Both the position numbers and the translations under genes were made by a program. A stretch of DNA of 64,000 nucleotides, from assembly GCA_048885925.1 (NCBI GenBank), contig JBHLLG010000008.1:22207-86206 (forward strand), written 5' to 3'. Below the pieces are notes generated by a model, which saw nothing but the letters and a program-made list of their open reading frames with translations, did no database searches and was not told where the DNA came from. Positions within the stretch are counted from its first letter, which is position 1; each line of letters begins with the position of its first letter. Origin of the DNA: Candidatus Hermodarchaeota archaeon (GTDB lineage Archaea > Asgardarchaeota > Lokiarchaeia > Sigyniarchaeales > SOKP01). Shown here piece by piece: positions 19,693-30,254 of the stretch.

Positions 19693-20931
19693 TTGGTAAA
19701 GAAAAAAATTTTAAAGAAAAGGTTATCTTATAGTTTCAAGAAATTAAAATATTATGCGATGATGATAAAAAATTCTCAAGTATATGCAATTAAAACCTCT
19801 CCAAAAACAGTCTTTACTGACTACAAAAGACTAATGCATTTGGCAAATTATGAGAAATTTTACAAAAAAGAAAATAAAACTATTATTAAGTTAAATCTAA
19901 GTTGGTCAAAGTTTTTTCCTGCATGTTCTAGCCCTCCATGGCAAGTGGAAGGAGTGCTAAAAACTATGATTGAGGATGGTTTTAACCCTAAAAGGCTTTT
20001 TACAGCTGAAAATAGAACTGTGGTAACTAATATAGAAAAAGGATTAAGAGGAAATAAATGGGGACCGATTCTCAGCAAATATAAAGTTTGGTTTGTTCCT
20101 TTAACTAAAATCCCTTTTATTCCTTATGAATCTTTAAGGTCAAAATTTCTTACATTAAAGAATAAAAAATTATTTGTATTAGATTCTAAAATATTTCCAG
20201 AAGGTTTTTTTATCCCAAAGTTTTATGTTGGAAAACCAATCATACATCTCCCTACAATGAAAACCCATGGTCATACTGGAGCTATTGGAGGCTCACTTAA
20301 AAAGACTAATGAAGAAATGAAACATGGGGGCATAACTTGTGCTATGAAAAATGCTTTTGGAGGGCTTTTAACAAAAAGAAGACATTTCTCACATCAATAT
20401 ATGTCTGAAGTATTAGTTGATTTACTAATTATACAAAAGCAAATTCACCCCAGTATATTAGCTATTGTAGATGGTACTGTTTGTGGCGACGGCGCTGGTC
20501 CAAGAACAATGGTACCTCGTATTAAAAATTATATTCTTGCGGGTTACGACCAAGTTGCTGTTGATACGGTTGTTGCTAAAATGATGGGTTTTGAACCTTT
20601 AAAATTACCTTCAATAAACATAGCTCACGATGAAGGTTTGGGATGTGGAGATTTCAACCAAATTGAAATCCTTGGTGAAGATATTCCTAATATTAATTGG
20701 AATTTTAAAGTTAAGCGAAGTCTAGTAATTTGGGGTGATCAAATGGTACGAAAAGGTTTTCTACAATTTCTCTATCCTTTGTTTAGAAATGAATTATTCT
20801 TCTTAGGACCAACCTTTGCTTCCATGATTTATCATGATATGATATGGTACCCAACTATTGGTAAACGAAGAATTAAGAAATTTTTTCAAACTGAATGGGG
20901 CAAATTGTTTTTAAGTTACCCTAAAAATTAA
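19693..20931 (+). CDS. DUF362-family (Fe-S associated) protein
   Basis: IIKLNLSW, LPTMKTH, CAMKNAFGGL, GDGAGP, DQVAVD motifs; real start probably ATG 19759/19762. Confidence 0.8.
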   Translation: MVKKKILKKRLSYSFKKLKYYAMMIKNSQVYAIKTSPKTVFTDYKRLMHLANYEKFYKKENKTIIKLNLSWSKFFPACSSPPWQVEGVLKTMIEDGFNPKRLFTAENRTVVTNIEKGLRGNKWGPILSKYKVWFVPLTKIPFIPYESLRSKFLTLKNKKLFVLDSKIFPEGFFIPKFYVGKPIIHLPTMKTHGHTGAIGGSLKKTNEEMKHGGITCAMKNAFGGLLTKRRHFSHQYMSEVLVDLLIIQKQIHPSILAIVDGTVCGDGAGPRTMVPRIKNYILAGYDQVAVDTVVAKMMGFEPLKLPSINIAHDEGLGCGDFNQIEILGEDIPNINWNFKVKRSLVIWGDQMVRKGFLQFLYPLFRNELFFLGPTFASMIYHDMIWYPTIGKRRIKKFFQTEWGKLFLSYPKN

Positions 20932-20965
20932 TGCCTCAATTTTTATTAATTCTACATAAAAAACT

Positions 20966-21748
20966 TTATATTAACATATCTCTAATTAATTCTTTATAAT
21001 CCAGATCAAAACTAGACTTTTTCAATTTTAAATGAAGAAAAAATTCTTTAGATCCTTTCTTTTCTAACTGGGTTGATTTTGTTATCCCATAGATAAAAAA
21101 ATCATTATGCTTAAGCCATTGAATTAATTCAATAAGAATTTTAGAAAGTTGGTTAGAATTATTTATTCTTCTAAATTTTTCCTGGGTATGAAAATCTATT
21201 TCGAAAAGGGGTTTTACTAATGCAAGAATATCACCTTCTTTTCTCAATAAATTTTTCACATTAGGTAAAACTTCTCTTAATGATGTAAATGTTATATCTA
21301 TTGTACATAAATCCACTAATTCATCGATTGGTAATGAATTACGAGCATCAACACCCGATATTGGTATAATTTTATCCTGCAATGTTTCATTTAGTAATGA
21401 AGTATGGAGTAAATTAGTAGCTGTGTCAATTGCATATACTTTTAAAGCTCCCTTCTTTATTAAGCAATCTGTAAAACCTCCCACAGAAGCTCCAATATCT
21501 ACACAAACCTTCTTCTTAACATCAATTGAAAAATCCTCTATTGCTTTTTCTAATTTTATTCCCCCACGGCCAACATAAGGAAACTCTTTTAATAAGCGGA
21601 TTTCGATAAATTTTTCAAATCTCTTGCTCGGTTTCGAAATAATTTTACTATTGACAAATATATAACCATTTCTTATTAGCCATTGTGCTTTAGTTCTACT
21701 CTCGGCCAATCCTCGTTCTACTAATAGAATATCAATCCTTTCTTTCAT
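20966..21748 (-). CDS. tlyA: TlyA-family rRNA 2'-O-methyltransferase (S4 + FtsJ-like)
   Basis: RIDILLVERGLAESRTKA, YVGRGGIKL, DIGASVGGFTDCL, LVKPLFE. Confidence 0.88.
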   Translation of the reverse strand: MKERIDILLVERGLAESRTKAQWLIRNGYIFVNSKIISKPSKRFEKFIEIRLLKEFPYVGRGGIKLEKAIEDFSIDVKKKVCVDIGASVGGFTDCLIKKGALKVYAIDTATNLLHTSLLNETLQDKIIPISGVDARNSLPIDELVDLCTIDITFTSLREVLPNVKNLLRKEGDILALVKPLFEIDFHTQEKFRRINNSNQLSKILIELIQWLKHNDFFIYGITKSTQLEKKGSKEFFLHLKLKKSSFDLDYKELIRDMLI

Positions 21749-22865
21749 TTAATATTAATTTTTCTCTATTTTTTAACATCTCTTCAATTCTACTTGTTAA
21801 ACCTAAACTTAATCTACTAATTTGTACTTTTACTGACGCTTTAGCGCCCCATTTTTTATAAATAGCTCGAAATAATAAACCTAAAAAGATAAACGTACCT
21901 ATAGCTGAGAACCAAATAGTTATTAAGTTTAACTGTTTTAAAAATAAAAAATATAAAATATTATGAGAAAGATAAATAGTGAGAGAATAATAAGAATAAT
22001 AAAACAAAAATTTATAGCTTTTTTTTGTATCAGTTATTATAAATTCTTCAAATATTAATAAAATTGAAAATAATAGAATATCTATTCCTAGTGAATAAAT
22101 TATCCAAGAGAGACTTATTCTATCTGTAAAATTGGGAAATTTAAGCAGGATCCCCACAATTATTAAAGATATTCCTGTTATTATGGTAGGAATAATGAAA
22201 TTGTTTTTTAGGATTTTTTTATTATTTATATGATTTTTTTGTATATACGCATCGTATAAAAGATCTCCTATAACTGTTCCAAATAAAAAAAATGGAAAAA
22301 ATACCAATATGGGATCTTGGTTAATATCATGATATATAAAATGATAAATAACTCCTAAAATGTTCATATCTCCCTTAAAAGGTGATAGAATTATTATTAG
22401 GAATTCATGGAGCAAAATAATCCCTATTCCAATAAATACTCTAAAAATTTTTGAAGTTCTTAAAAGAGGCCATGCTATAAATAAGGATACTGCGGCAGTT
22501 AATAAAACAAACCATGTCCAAATGTATGAAGGATTGAATAATGTTATTGCTGTTGGAATATTGTAAAATATTGCAATGATGAAAATAAAAAGTGTCCGAA
22601 AAAAGTAAGCATTCTTTATCATTCTAGAATTATAATCTTCAGAAATCTTTGCTTTTAAGAGATTTCTCCTATGAGATATCATAGTGCTTATACCAGAAAT
22701 AAATAAAAACCCAGAAGCTCCAATTGGATCTAATATCCTTACTGTGATACTATGTAAAAACATAAATTCGCTTTTCACCCACCAGGCAATTACATGATTT
22801 AAAACCATCCAACTCATGCATAAACCACGGAAAATGTCAATACTTTTTAATCTTAGGTTTTTCAT
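21732..22865 (-). CDS. DUF1624 / heparan-alpha-glucosaminide N-acetyltransferase-like membrane protein
   Basis: RLKSIDIFRGLCMSWMVLNH, FLFISGIS, SLTIYLSH; many TMs. Confidence 0.8.
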   Translation of the reverse strand: MKNLRLKSIDIFRGLCMSWMVLNHVIAWWVKSEFMFLHSITVRILDPIGASGFLFISGISTMISHRRNLLKAKISEDYNSRMIKNAYFFRTLFIFIIAIFYNIPTAITLFNPSYIWTWFVLLTAAVSLFIAWPLLRTSKIFRVFIGIGIILLHEFLIIILSPFKGDMNILGVIYHFIYHDINQDPILVFFPFFLFGTVIGDLLYDAYIQKNHINNKKILKNNFIIPTIITGISLIIVGILLKFPNFTDRISLSWIIYSLGIDILLFSILLIFEEFIITDTKKSYKFLFYYSYYSLTIYLSHNILYFLFLKQLNLITIWFSAIGTFIFLGLLFRAIYKKWGAKASVKVQISRLSLGLTSRIEEMLKNREKLILNERKD

Positions 22866-22968
22866 AGCAAATACTAATTCAGTTTTCTATATTAAAATCT
22901 CCTAATTTATAATTAAAATCTTTTATGAAAAGCGTTATACAAAAAAGTTAATCCTTTTTTTATTAAAC

Positions 22969-23832
22969 CTATATTAGATTATTTTGTTTATATTGCCCTA
23001 TTATTTGACTAGATTTTGTAAGAGAAATTTCATCATTTATCAATCTATCAACAATATCTCTTAATTTAATTTTTAAATCATTAAATTCTTCAGTATCTTC
23101 TCCAGTTTTCCTAAAACTCTTTGATTTTTGGAATATATGTTGTTTTAATATTTCATAGTAATTATTTTGGTTAATTTTTATTCCATTTCTTAATGCTAGA
23201 ATTAATGCAGCTGTTTCATGTTTCGTTTTAAATCTTTTCTTTTTTGTTAGGTTTTTCATTTTTGATGATTTTGATTCATCTATTAAACTAATATCTAGGT
23301 TACCTCTATTTTTGTAAGTTACATATAATTCCTCGATCAATTCTTTTATTATTTGTAAAACACCACTTCCGAATTTAAATTCCAACATTATTAAATTTGG
23401 ATTATTCTTTTGAAAGCATTCTACTTTATCTTTTACATATTTGATGAATTCTCTTTTGTCATATATAGTATGCGAAAGTAAGAAAAAATCGTCTAAAAAA
23501 ATTACGATTCCTATCTGTTTCGTGCCAGGATCTATAGAAAATAGTAATTTTGAAAAAAATTTCTTATAATCGATTTTATATGCAGCTAACACTTGTAAAA
23601 TATAGTGTTCAAAATTCTCCTCATAAGAATATGAAAGAATTCTTAAATTGTCATAAGAATTTGTAAAATTGAGAACATCTTCTGAAGTTGTCAATATTAA
23701 AGAACTTAGTTTGGGGAATTTTTCTCTTATATTTAAAATTTCAAACTTAATATTTAATCGAATCAGTTCTTTATTTAATCTATAAAAGAAATTTAAATTC
23801 TCTGTACTAATATATAAAGTTTTATTTCTCAA
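22969..23832 (-). CDS. Hypothetical protein with RNase H-like (YqgF/RuvC-type) domain
   Basis: SIDPGTKQIGIV...IDESKSS...HETAALILA pattern resembles YqgF/RuvX fold. Confidence 0.55.
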   Translation of the reverse strand: MRNKTLYISTENLNFFYRLNKELIRLNIKFEILNIREKFPKLSSLILTTSEDVLNFTNSYDNLRILSYSYEENFEHYILQVLAAYKIDYKKFFSKLLFSIDPGTKQIGIVIFLDDFFLLSHTIYDKREFIKYVKDKVECFQKNNPNLIMLEFKFGSGVLQIIKELIEELYVTYKNRGNLDISLIDESKSSKMKNLTKKKRFKTKHETAALILALRNGIKINQNNYYEILKQHIFQKSKSFRKTGEDTEEFNDLKIKLRDIVDRLINDEISLTKSSQIIGQYKQNNLI

Positions 23833-23876
23833 ATTATAATTATAAATATTAGATAAAATTAATAACTTTTAATTGA

Positions 23877-24566
23877 ATGAAATTTCCAATCTTAGAAATA
23901 AATAAACATTTTGCTTCAATAAATACAATACAGGGAATATTTTCGGTATTTGGTGATTTTGGTGTTGGTAAAACTACATTTGCGCTACAAATAGCCACTG
24001 AATCTGCAAAAATAGGTAAAAACGTTATATATATTTATACTAAACATAATTTCCCAGCTGAAAAAATTCTTTTACACAATTATAATTCTAAAGAGATTTT
24101 AAATAATATCATTTTTATTCAGACAACACACTTTGATGAATTAAATAAAATTATTTTTAATCTTGAATTTTTAATTTTAAATCATATAAATAAAAGAAAA
24201 ATTAATTATAATTTAATTGTTGTAGATTCAATTACTAATTTATATCAATTAGAATTAAATAAGACTAATAAACAGAAAAATTATGAGTCTAATTATAAAT
24301 TAAATCAAATGCTAGCAAATTTAACCTATTTAAATGAAGCTTATGATATTGAGATCTTGATAATTAATGAAATTAGTAGAAAAAACATTAATAATGAAAT
24401 AATTGAGCTTCAAACTGGAGGAAAAGTTATGGAATATTGGGTAAATTATCAATTAAAAATTGCTAGAACTAAAAAGTTAAATGAAAGAAAGCTAATTTTA
24501 ACCGCATATCCTGAACAGAATACAACTAATTTTTTATCTATTATAAGAAAGAAAGGATTTGAATAA
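23877..24566 (+). CDS. RadB-like RecA/Rad51 paralogue
   Basis: Walker A GDFGVGKT, Walker B LIVVDS, GGKVMEYW. Confidence 0.75.
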   Translation: MKFPILEINKHFASINTIQGIFSVFGDFGVGKTTFALQIATESAKIGKNVIYIYTKHNFPAEKILLHNYNSKEILNNIIFIQTTHFDELNKIIFNLEFLILNHINKRKINYNLIVVDSITNLYQLELNKTNKQKNYESNYKLNQMLANLTYLNEAYDIEILIINEISRKNINNEIIELQTGGKVMEYWVNYQLKIARTKKLNERKLILTAYPEQNTTNFLSIIRKKGFE

Positions 24567-24634
24567 GAGAGATTTTCTTACGAAATTGGTATCCAAATTT
24601 ATTTCTTATCTTTAAACTTATTTTATTTAGGACA

Positions 24635-25864
24635 ATGAAAAAAAAGAAACTAACACAAATCACAGAAAGTTCAACGAAAATCTTTCTTTATGCAAATGAC
24701 AATGGATTGCCTCCTTCAAAGGCTATGAATGTATTTTATAACAAAAGAATGGAACTTAATCGTGATATCTCAAATTTAGCTATTAATGCTTATGTAAATC
24801 TACATAAACCTGATGATCTACTAATTATTGATTCAATGGCCGCATCAGGAATAGGGTCTATTAGAATGTTAAAAGAGTGTCAAAAAATTGCTAATATTGT
24901 TATTAATGATATCAATCCCGAGGCAGTTAAACTTATTAAAAAGAATTTAAAATTAAATCGTATTAACAAAACCTCAAATCAAATAAAAATTACAAATAAA
25001 GATGCAAATGCTCTTTTTTCTGAAATTACTGATAAGGGGTTAATACTTTCATCTGGGAAAAAAAAAAAGCCAAATGTTATATCAATTGATCCATTTGGAA
25101 CTCCAAATCTTTACATAGATTCTGCTTTTAAAACAATTCAGAAAAGTAATGCTCTGGTATGTATAACTGCCACGGATACAGCAGTTCTATTTGGAGTACG
25201 ATCAAAAGCATGTATGAGGAAATATCTCTCTAAACCTCTCCGTAATGAGTACAGTAAAGAAATAGGTGCACGAATTTTAGTACAATTCATTGCACGAATA
25301 GCAGCTATTAATAAAGTAGGAATCATTCCATTATTAACATTTTATTCAGGACACTTTATTAGGGTCTTCTGTTTAACATTTAAGAATAAACAAAGGATTT
25401 CAAAATTTTTAAAAAAAAACGGATACATTATACACTGCAAAAATTGTGGTTATCGCTCATCACATGGAGATAATATTTTACATTTACCCCTAGAATGCCC
25501 TATGTGTGGAAATAAGAAATCTCTCGATTATGCCGGCCCTCTATGGGCTGATAAAATCCACGATATTAATTTCATTAATGAAATACTTCTATTAAATGAA
25601 AAATCTAAATTTTTAAATAAAAATAGAATAAGCAAAATCTTAACTTTTGCGAGGCAAGAAATTGATATGCCCATTTCATATTATAATATCCATAAACTCA
25701 GTCAAAACTTAAAACTTTCATCAATTCCAAAAATTTCAAATCTTATAAATATACTTAAAGAAAAAGGATATAAATCTTCAAGGACTCATTTTGATTTTTT
25801 AGCTATAAAAACTGATATGGATTTAGAAACTCTAAAAAATACTTTAATTGATACAAAAAAATAG
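24635..25864 (+). CDS. trm1: tRNA (guanine26-N2)-dimethyltransferase
   Basis: VFYNKRMELNRD, INDIN, IDPFGTP, TATD, zinc CxxC..CxxC, AGPLW. Confidence 0.93.
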   Translation: MKKKKLTQITESSTKIFLYANDNGLPPSKAMNVFYNKRMELNRDISNLAINAYVNLHKPDDLLIIDSMAASGIGSIRMLKECQKIANIVINDINPEAVKLIKKNLKLNRINKTSNQIKITNKDANALFSEITDKGLILSSGKKKKPNVISIDPFGTPNLYIDSAFKTIQKSNALVCITATDTAVLFGVRSKACMRKYLSKPLRNEYSKEIGARILVQFIARIAAINKVGIIPLLTFYSGHFIRVFCLTFKNKQRISKFLKKNGYIIHCKNCGYRSSHGDNILHLPLECPMCGNKKSLDYAGPLWADKIHDINFINEILLLNEKSKFLNKNRISKILTFARQEIDMPISYYNIHKLSQNLKLSSIPKISNLINILKEKGYKSSRTHFDFLAIKTDMDLETLKNTLIDTKK

Positions 25865-25878
25865 TTCTTTTAATAAAC

Positions 25879-26514
25879 ATGTCAAAAAAAAATGAAATGC
25901 ATAAAAGAGATTATTATTATAAAAAAGCAAAGAAAGAAGGTTACCGAGCAAGATCAGCATATAAATTATTAGATATTCAAAACAAGTTTAATATTTTTAA
26001 GAGAGCTTTTTATATCTTAGATTTGGGATGTGCGCCAGGTTCTTGGCTACAAGTTGCTAAAAAATATGGAGAAGAAAATTTAGAAAGATATAAAGATCAA
26101 TATTATCACCGGAATCACTATAAGATCATGGGTATAGATATGAAAAAAATCAGCCCTATTGAAAATATTAATTTTATAAAGTTAGATATTACTAATCCAC
26201 AGTTACAAAAAGAAATAAGTAATTATTTTAATAGTGATTTAGATTTAATATTATCAGATGCATCAATTAATAAAATTGGAAACAAATTTGCTGATCATTT
26301 AAACCAATTAAAGCTTTGTTATTTAATACTTGAAATATCCAAAAGAAATTTAAAACGTAATGGGAATTTAGTTATTAAAATCTTCCAAGGTACTGATTTT
26401 AATAAATTCAAGAATGAAATATTGTCATTATTTAGGATTGTGAAATCATATAAACCAAAATCATCTAAAAAAAGGAGTAATGAAATTTACTTAATTGGCT
26501 TACAAAAGAAATAA
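25879..26514 (+). CDS. rlmE: 23S rRNA Um2552 methyltransferase RlmE/FtsJ
   Basis: GYRARSAYKL, DLGCAPGSWLQV, ILSD, KIFQG, KPKSS..SNEIY. Confidence 0.92.
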   Translation: MSKKNEMHKRDYYYKKAKKEGYRARSAYKLLDIQNKFNIFKRAFYILDLGCAPGSWLQVAKKYGEENLERYKDQYYHRNHYKIMGIDMKKISPIENINFIKLDITNPQLQKEISNYFNSDLDLILSDASINKIGNKFADHLNQLKLCYLILEISKRNLKRNGNLVIKIFQGTDFNKFKNEILSLFRIVKSYKPKSSKKRSNEIYLIGLQKK

Positions 26515-27126
26515 TTAAATATCCTGTAAACGTGCCTCAATCTCATCAAAATTTATATTATATTCTTCTCCTTTTGAAGTGACTTGAATCCATTCCGTTA
26601 ACCATGGACAATGTTTTGGATTAAATTGATCTAAATTAGTATCATTACATTTATCTCGAAATGGACAAATAAAGCAGGGTTGTCGAGAAAACATATTCCA
26701 AATAAAATCTTTTCTGCTTTCATCGATTTTAAGCTCTTTTACTTTACTATCTATTTCATCAATAGCAAAAATATGTTTTGTCCATGATGCATCAACTAAT
26801 TCTCGTTTCATTTTTATTTTCGATTGTAATTCTAGTAATTCAAGTATTTCTTCTAATTCAATTCTTTTCTTATTACTTTTTTCTATAAGATCATTAAAAA
26901 ATATATCTTTTTCACGATTTATAATATTCAAAATGAATTTTTCATCTTTTCTTAATGTTCGGTTAAATTCTTTCTTCTTCTCTTCTATTCTTTCAATTCT
27001 TCTTTCAACAGTAGATTTTTCTTCAGTGGGACCTTCCACACGTTCTTTTATTTTACATTTATGACGAGATAAATAGGCAAAACCTTTACCACAGTAAGGA
27101 CAAACTTCTTTTTTTTTTTTTGCCAT
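26515..27126 (-). CDS. TFE-beta / RPC34 (C34)-like transcription factor with extra N-terminal zinc finger
   Basis: Central winged-helix-like segment; C-terminal PCFICP...C...NPKHCPWLTEW matches the 4Fe-4S motif of RPC34/TFE-beta. Confidence 0.72.
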   Translation of the reverse strand: MAKKKKEVCPYCGKGFAYLSRHKCKIKERVEGPTEEKSTVERRIERIEEKKKEFNRTLRKDEKFILNIINREKDIFFNDLIEKSNKKRIELEEILELLELQSKIKMKRELVDASWTKHIFAIDEIDSKVKELKIDESRKDFIWNMFSRQPCFICPFRDKCNDTNLDQFNPKHCPWLTEWIQVTSKGEEYNINFDEIEARLQDI

Positions 27127-27315
27127 TTTATTAGCTTTATAAATTTATTTTAATTGGTTCATCTAAAATTAAATAATCATAAGAGTTATGATATATTCTT
27201 TATGAATAGTTAAAAATTAAATTTTCCTTTTTTTAAGAATTTATATCTTTAATAGCTAAATTTATATTAATAATTTTAAATGATATTTAAACCTAAAAAT
27301 CATTATTAACTAATA

Positions 27316-28131
27316 ATGAGAATTAATGAAATATTAGAAATTGATAAAGGGCAAATAATTAAAATTTATAATGTTTTAAGTAAATCAGAGTCCCTTGAAA
27401 GTTCTCTAGCAATTTTAACTTCAGGAGCAAAAAATTTTGATGAAGTTCTAGGTGGAGGTTTTTATAGAGGTAAGAAATATTTAATTTTTGGAGCGAATAA
27501 TACAGGTAAAACACAGCTGTGTCATCAATTATGTGTTCAAGCCTACATTCAATTTTCTAAGTTTTCTGAAAAACCAAAAAGAAGTAAATATTTAGTCTAT
27601 TATTTTGACACAGAAAATACTTTCCGACCTGAGAGATTAAAGGAAATAATGAGATCATCTCGTTTAAAATCTCACCTAATATTGAAAAACACTTTAATAT
27701 CAAAAATTATGAGTAATTCTGCTTTTCTGCTTTCATTAAAAAATCTTGAGACCGTCTTAGAAAAAGATCAACTTAACATATTAATTATAGACACTATAAA
27801 TAATTATTTTAATTCTGAAAAAGATATTTCTTCTTATAAAACTAAGGAATTATTTTTTAGGATTTTAAAGAAAATTAATTCACTCACATTAGATTATAAT
27901 TTAATTACAATAGCTACCGCGCAAGTATCTTCGAATTTTAGTGATGATACATTAATACCATTTTCACCAATAGGCAATCAATTACTAAATCAATTTTTTT
28001 CAGAATATATTTATTTGGATTATAAAAGTCAAGAACAGAGATATATTCACCTTGTAAATTCTTATAGTCTTCCTGAAAAAAGAATACTCTACAAAATAAC
28101 CTCCTCAGGAATAGTAGATTTTAAATATTAA
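27316..28131 (+). CDS. RadA/Rad51 paralogue (no full N-terminal HhH domain)
   Basis: FDEVLGGG, GANNTGKTQLCHQLCV, YFDTENTFRPERL, LIIDT. Confidence 0.8.
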   Translation: MRINEILEIDKGQIIKIYNVLSKSESLESSLAILTSGAKNFDEVLGGGFYRGKKYLIFGANNTGKTQLCHQLCVQAYIQFSKFSEKPKRSKYLVYYFDTENTFRPERLKEIMRSSRLKSHLILKNTLISKIMSNSAFLLSLKNLETVLEKDQLNILIIDTINNYFNSEKDISSYKTKELFFRILKKINSLTLDYNLITIATAQVSSNFSDDTLIPFSPIGNQLLNQFFSEYIYLDYKSQEQRYIHLVNSYSLPEKRILYKITSSGIVDFKY

Positions 28132-28960
28132 AGAATTTCAAAAAAGTTTCTATTGAAAGGTTTGGAAAATCTCTAGTTTTACACTCAGAATTTACTAAGC
28201 ATATTTTATTATCTATTTTATCACTTATCCATCTTATTAGTTTAATAGCATATTGAAGCTTTTTTAATTTTATAGGACTTGCTTTTTGATTGTGTATGAG
28301 ATCTAATTTTGAATATTTACCAATAATAGTTCCAAAGTCCATTCCGATAAGAAATAATTTATGAAATGGTTGTAAAAGGGTGCGTAAGAAATAGAGGATT
28401 CGATCTCCATCCGTAAATCCTCCTGGATTTAATACATTCCGAGTTGGTTCAATTTGGGTAGTTCCTATAATATTTTCAAATTTAATTATCTCATTTTTAA
28501 ACAGATTCAGCTTCTCTCTATTATCACCGTGAGCATGAACAACATTAAACCTTGCATATTTAAATTCATTTTTAGTAATTCCATCTAAGTCTGTAAATAT
28601 AGCATCAATTTGAACTCGTTTTTTTCTTAACAGCGTTGATGCACCATCGGCAGTTAAATTAATAAAATTTTTAAAAAAATTCACCCCCTTTCGTTTTAAA
28701 ATTATATTAAATGTTTTTTCCAAAGAAGGACCACATCCATAAATTAAGATCATTGGTTTTAAAGAAATAATTTCCTTAAATTGACTTAAAACGGTTTCTA
28801 GATTCCATTTTTGACTTTTTTTTTTAAAAAAAATTTGAGATAAGTAATCTCGAGATTCACATTCTTTTATAAAGTCGAATTTAAAATCCTCTAATATTTG
28901 AGAGTACCAATCCTTAAATTCATAATAGAAATTTATTTGATCGCTTAGTTTTAAATTCAT
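28121..28960 (-). CDS. mptE: 6-hydroxymethyl-7,8-dihydropterin pyrophosphokinase (DUF115)
   Basis: GCGPSL, ADGA, TDLDG, HAHGDN, GTTQ, NPGGFTDGDR, GMDFG motifs. Confidence 0.85.
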   Translation of the reverse strand: MNLKLSDQINFYYEFKDWYSQILEDFKFDFIKECESRDYLSQIFFKKKSQKWNLETVLSQFKEIISLKPMILIYGCGPSLEKTFNIILKRKGVNFFKNFINLTADGASTLLRKKRVQIDAIFTDLDGITKNEFKYARFNVVHAHGDNREKLNLFKNEIIKFENIIGTTQIEPTRNVLNPGGFTDGDRILYFLRTLLQPFHKLFLIGMDFGTIIGKYSKLDLIHNQKASPIKLKKLQYAIKLIRWISDKIDNKICLVNSECKTRDFPNLSIETFLKFFNI

Positions 28961-29088
28961 AATTTCAAAAAATCTACTTCAAAAAATCAATAATAAAATT
29001 TTAAATTCTTACCTTAATTAATAAAAACATATTATTTAATTCAATATTATTATAATTCATAAATTAATAAAAAAAGAGTAAGATAAAA

Positions 29089-29484
29089 ATGACTAAATGG
29101 TTTACTAAAACACATCAATGGTTTGATGATGCGACAAAAATGGTTGGAATTACACCATATGCCGCAGAACAACTCGGAGAGATTAGTTTTGTCGATGTTG
29201 AGGGTCTTGAAGATGCTGAACTTAACCAAGTAAAAATGGATGGAGATGAACCATCGAGTGATCCAATAGATTGTACTGTTGAATCAAGTAAAGCTGTTGG
29301 TGATATTTATTCACCAGTAAGTGGAAAAGTAATTGAAATTAATTCGGATTTGATGGATGAGCCAGAAAAAATTAATGAAAATGCTTTTGCGGCTTGGCTT
29401 TTTAAGATTGAACCTTCAAATTGGGATGCCGAAAAAGGTAATTTATTAGACGAAGCATCCTATAATGCATTTGTTGGAAAATAG
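29089..29484 (+). CDS. gcvH: Glycine cleavage system H protein
   Basis: VGITPYAAEQLGEI, VESSKAVGDIYSPVSG (lipoyl Lys), WLFKI. Confidence 0.9.
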   Translation: MTKWFTKTHQWFDDATKMVGITPYAAEQLGEISFVDVEGLEDAELNQVKMDGDEPSSDPIDCTVESSKAVGDIYSPVSGKVIEINSDLMDEPEKINENAFAAWLFKIEPSNWDAEKGNLLDEASYNAFVGK

Positions 29485-29678
29485 ATTTAAAAATTAATTA
29501 AAATATATTTTTCAAATCTCTTTTTATTTTTTTCTTATTGCAATTTTATTCTATCCAATTTGAATAATACAATCTTAACAGAAATATTTAGAATAGGTTA
29601 ATAAAATTAAATATTATAATCTCAATTATAGTAAACATATAAAATGGATTATAATAAAAAAATTGCTTTAAAAAGTAA

Positions 29679-30173
29679 TCATCGCTGTAGTTTCACATTT
29701 AACATATACTGAAGCAAGAAGAAAGTTGTAATAATCATTATAACTCCAATTAATAAAATCCAAACTGCCATTTTTTTATTATATACATATTTAGATGCTT
29801 GATATAATAGTATAAATCCTGTTGAGCAGAAGAAAATTAATATTGAAGCTACAATGCCCTCTATAATATAACTTTCATTAATATCAACAAAAATAAATAC
29901 GGGATCTCCCTCAGAAGTTGCCCCAAGTGCAGGAGGTTCTCTAACTATAAAATAAACCACCCCTGTTTGAAGAATAAATAATATTATTAAAATAGCTATT
30001 ACACTTAAAGATCTTGAAGGCATTGGAAAGGAAATTCTTGGAAGTTTGAATTTGGGAAAATTAATCTTGGGTTTCCTTATAGATTTCCCGAACAGCCAAG
30101 GGGTTCTACTTCTAATTTTTTCTATTATTGTTTCAGAACCAATAATTTCCTCTTTATCTAACTTTTCTTTCAT
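29679..30173 (-). CDS. OSTC/DC2 (OST3/OST6 family) oligosaccharyltransferase subunit homologue
   Basis: GVVYFIVREPPALG...YIIEGIVASILIF..TGFILL parallels the eukaryotic DC2 pattern G.IY..I.EPP..G...Y.MEG...S.L....GFI.L; 3 TMs. Confidence 0.7.
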   Translation of the reverse strand: MKEKLDKEEIIGSETIIEKIRSRTPWLFGKSIRKPKINFPKFKLPRISFPMPSRSLSVIAILIILFILQTGVVYFIVREPPALGATSEGDPVFIFVDINESYIIEGIVASILIFFCSTGFILLYQASKYVYNKKMAVWILLIGVIMIITTFFLLQYMLNVKLQR

Positions 30174-30254
30174 AACTATTCGCTTTCAAGTAAGCTATAG
30201 AATAATTATTAACATAAATTTATTAAGTTTTTCAAATAGTTTTCAACAAAATCT

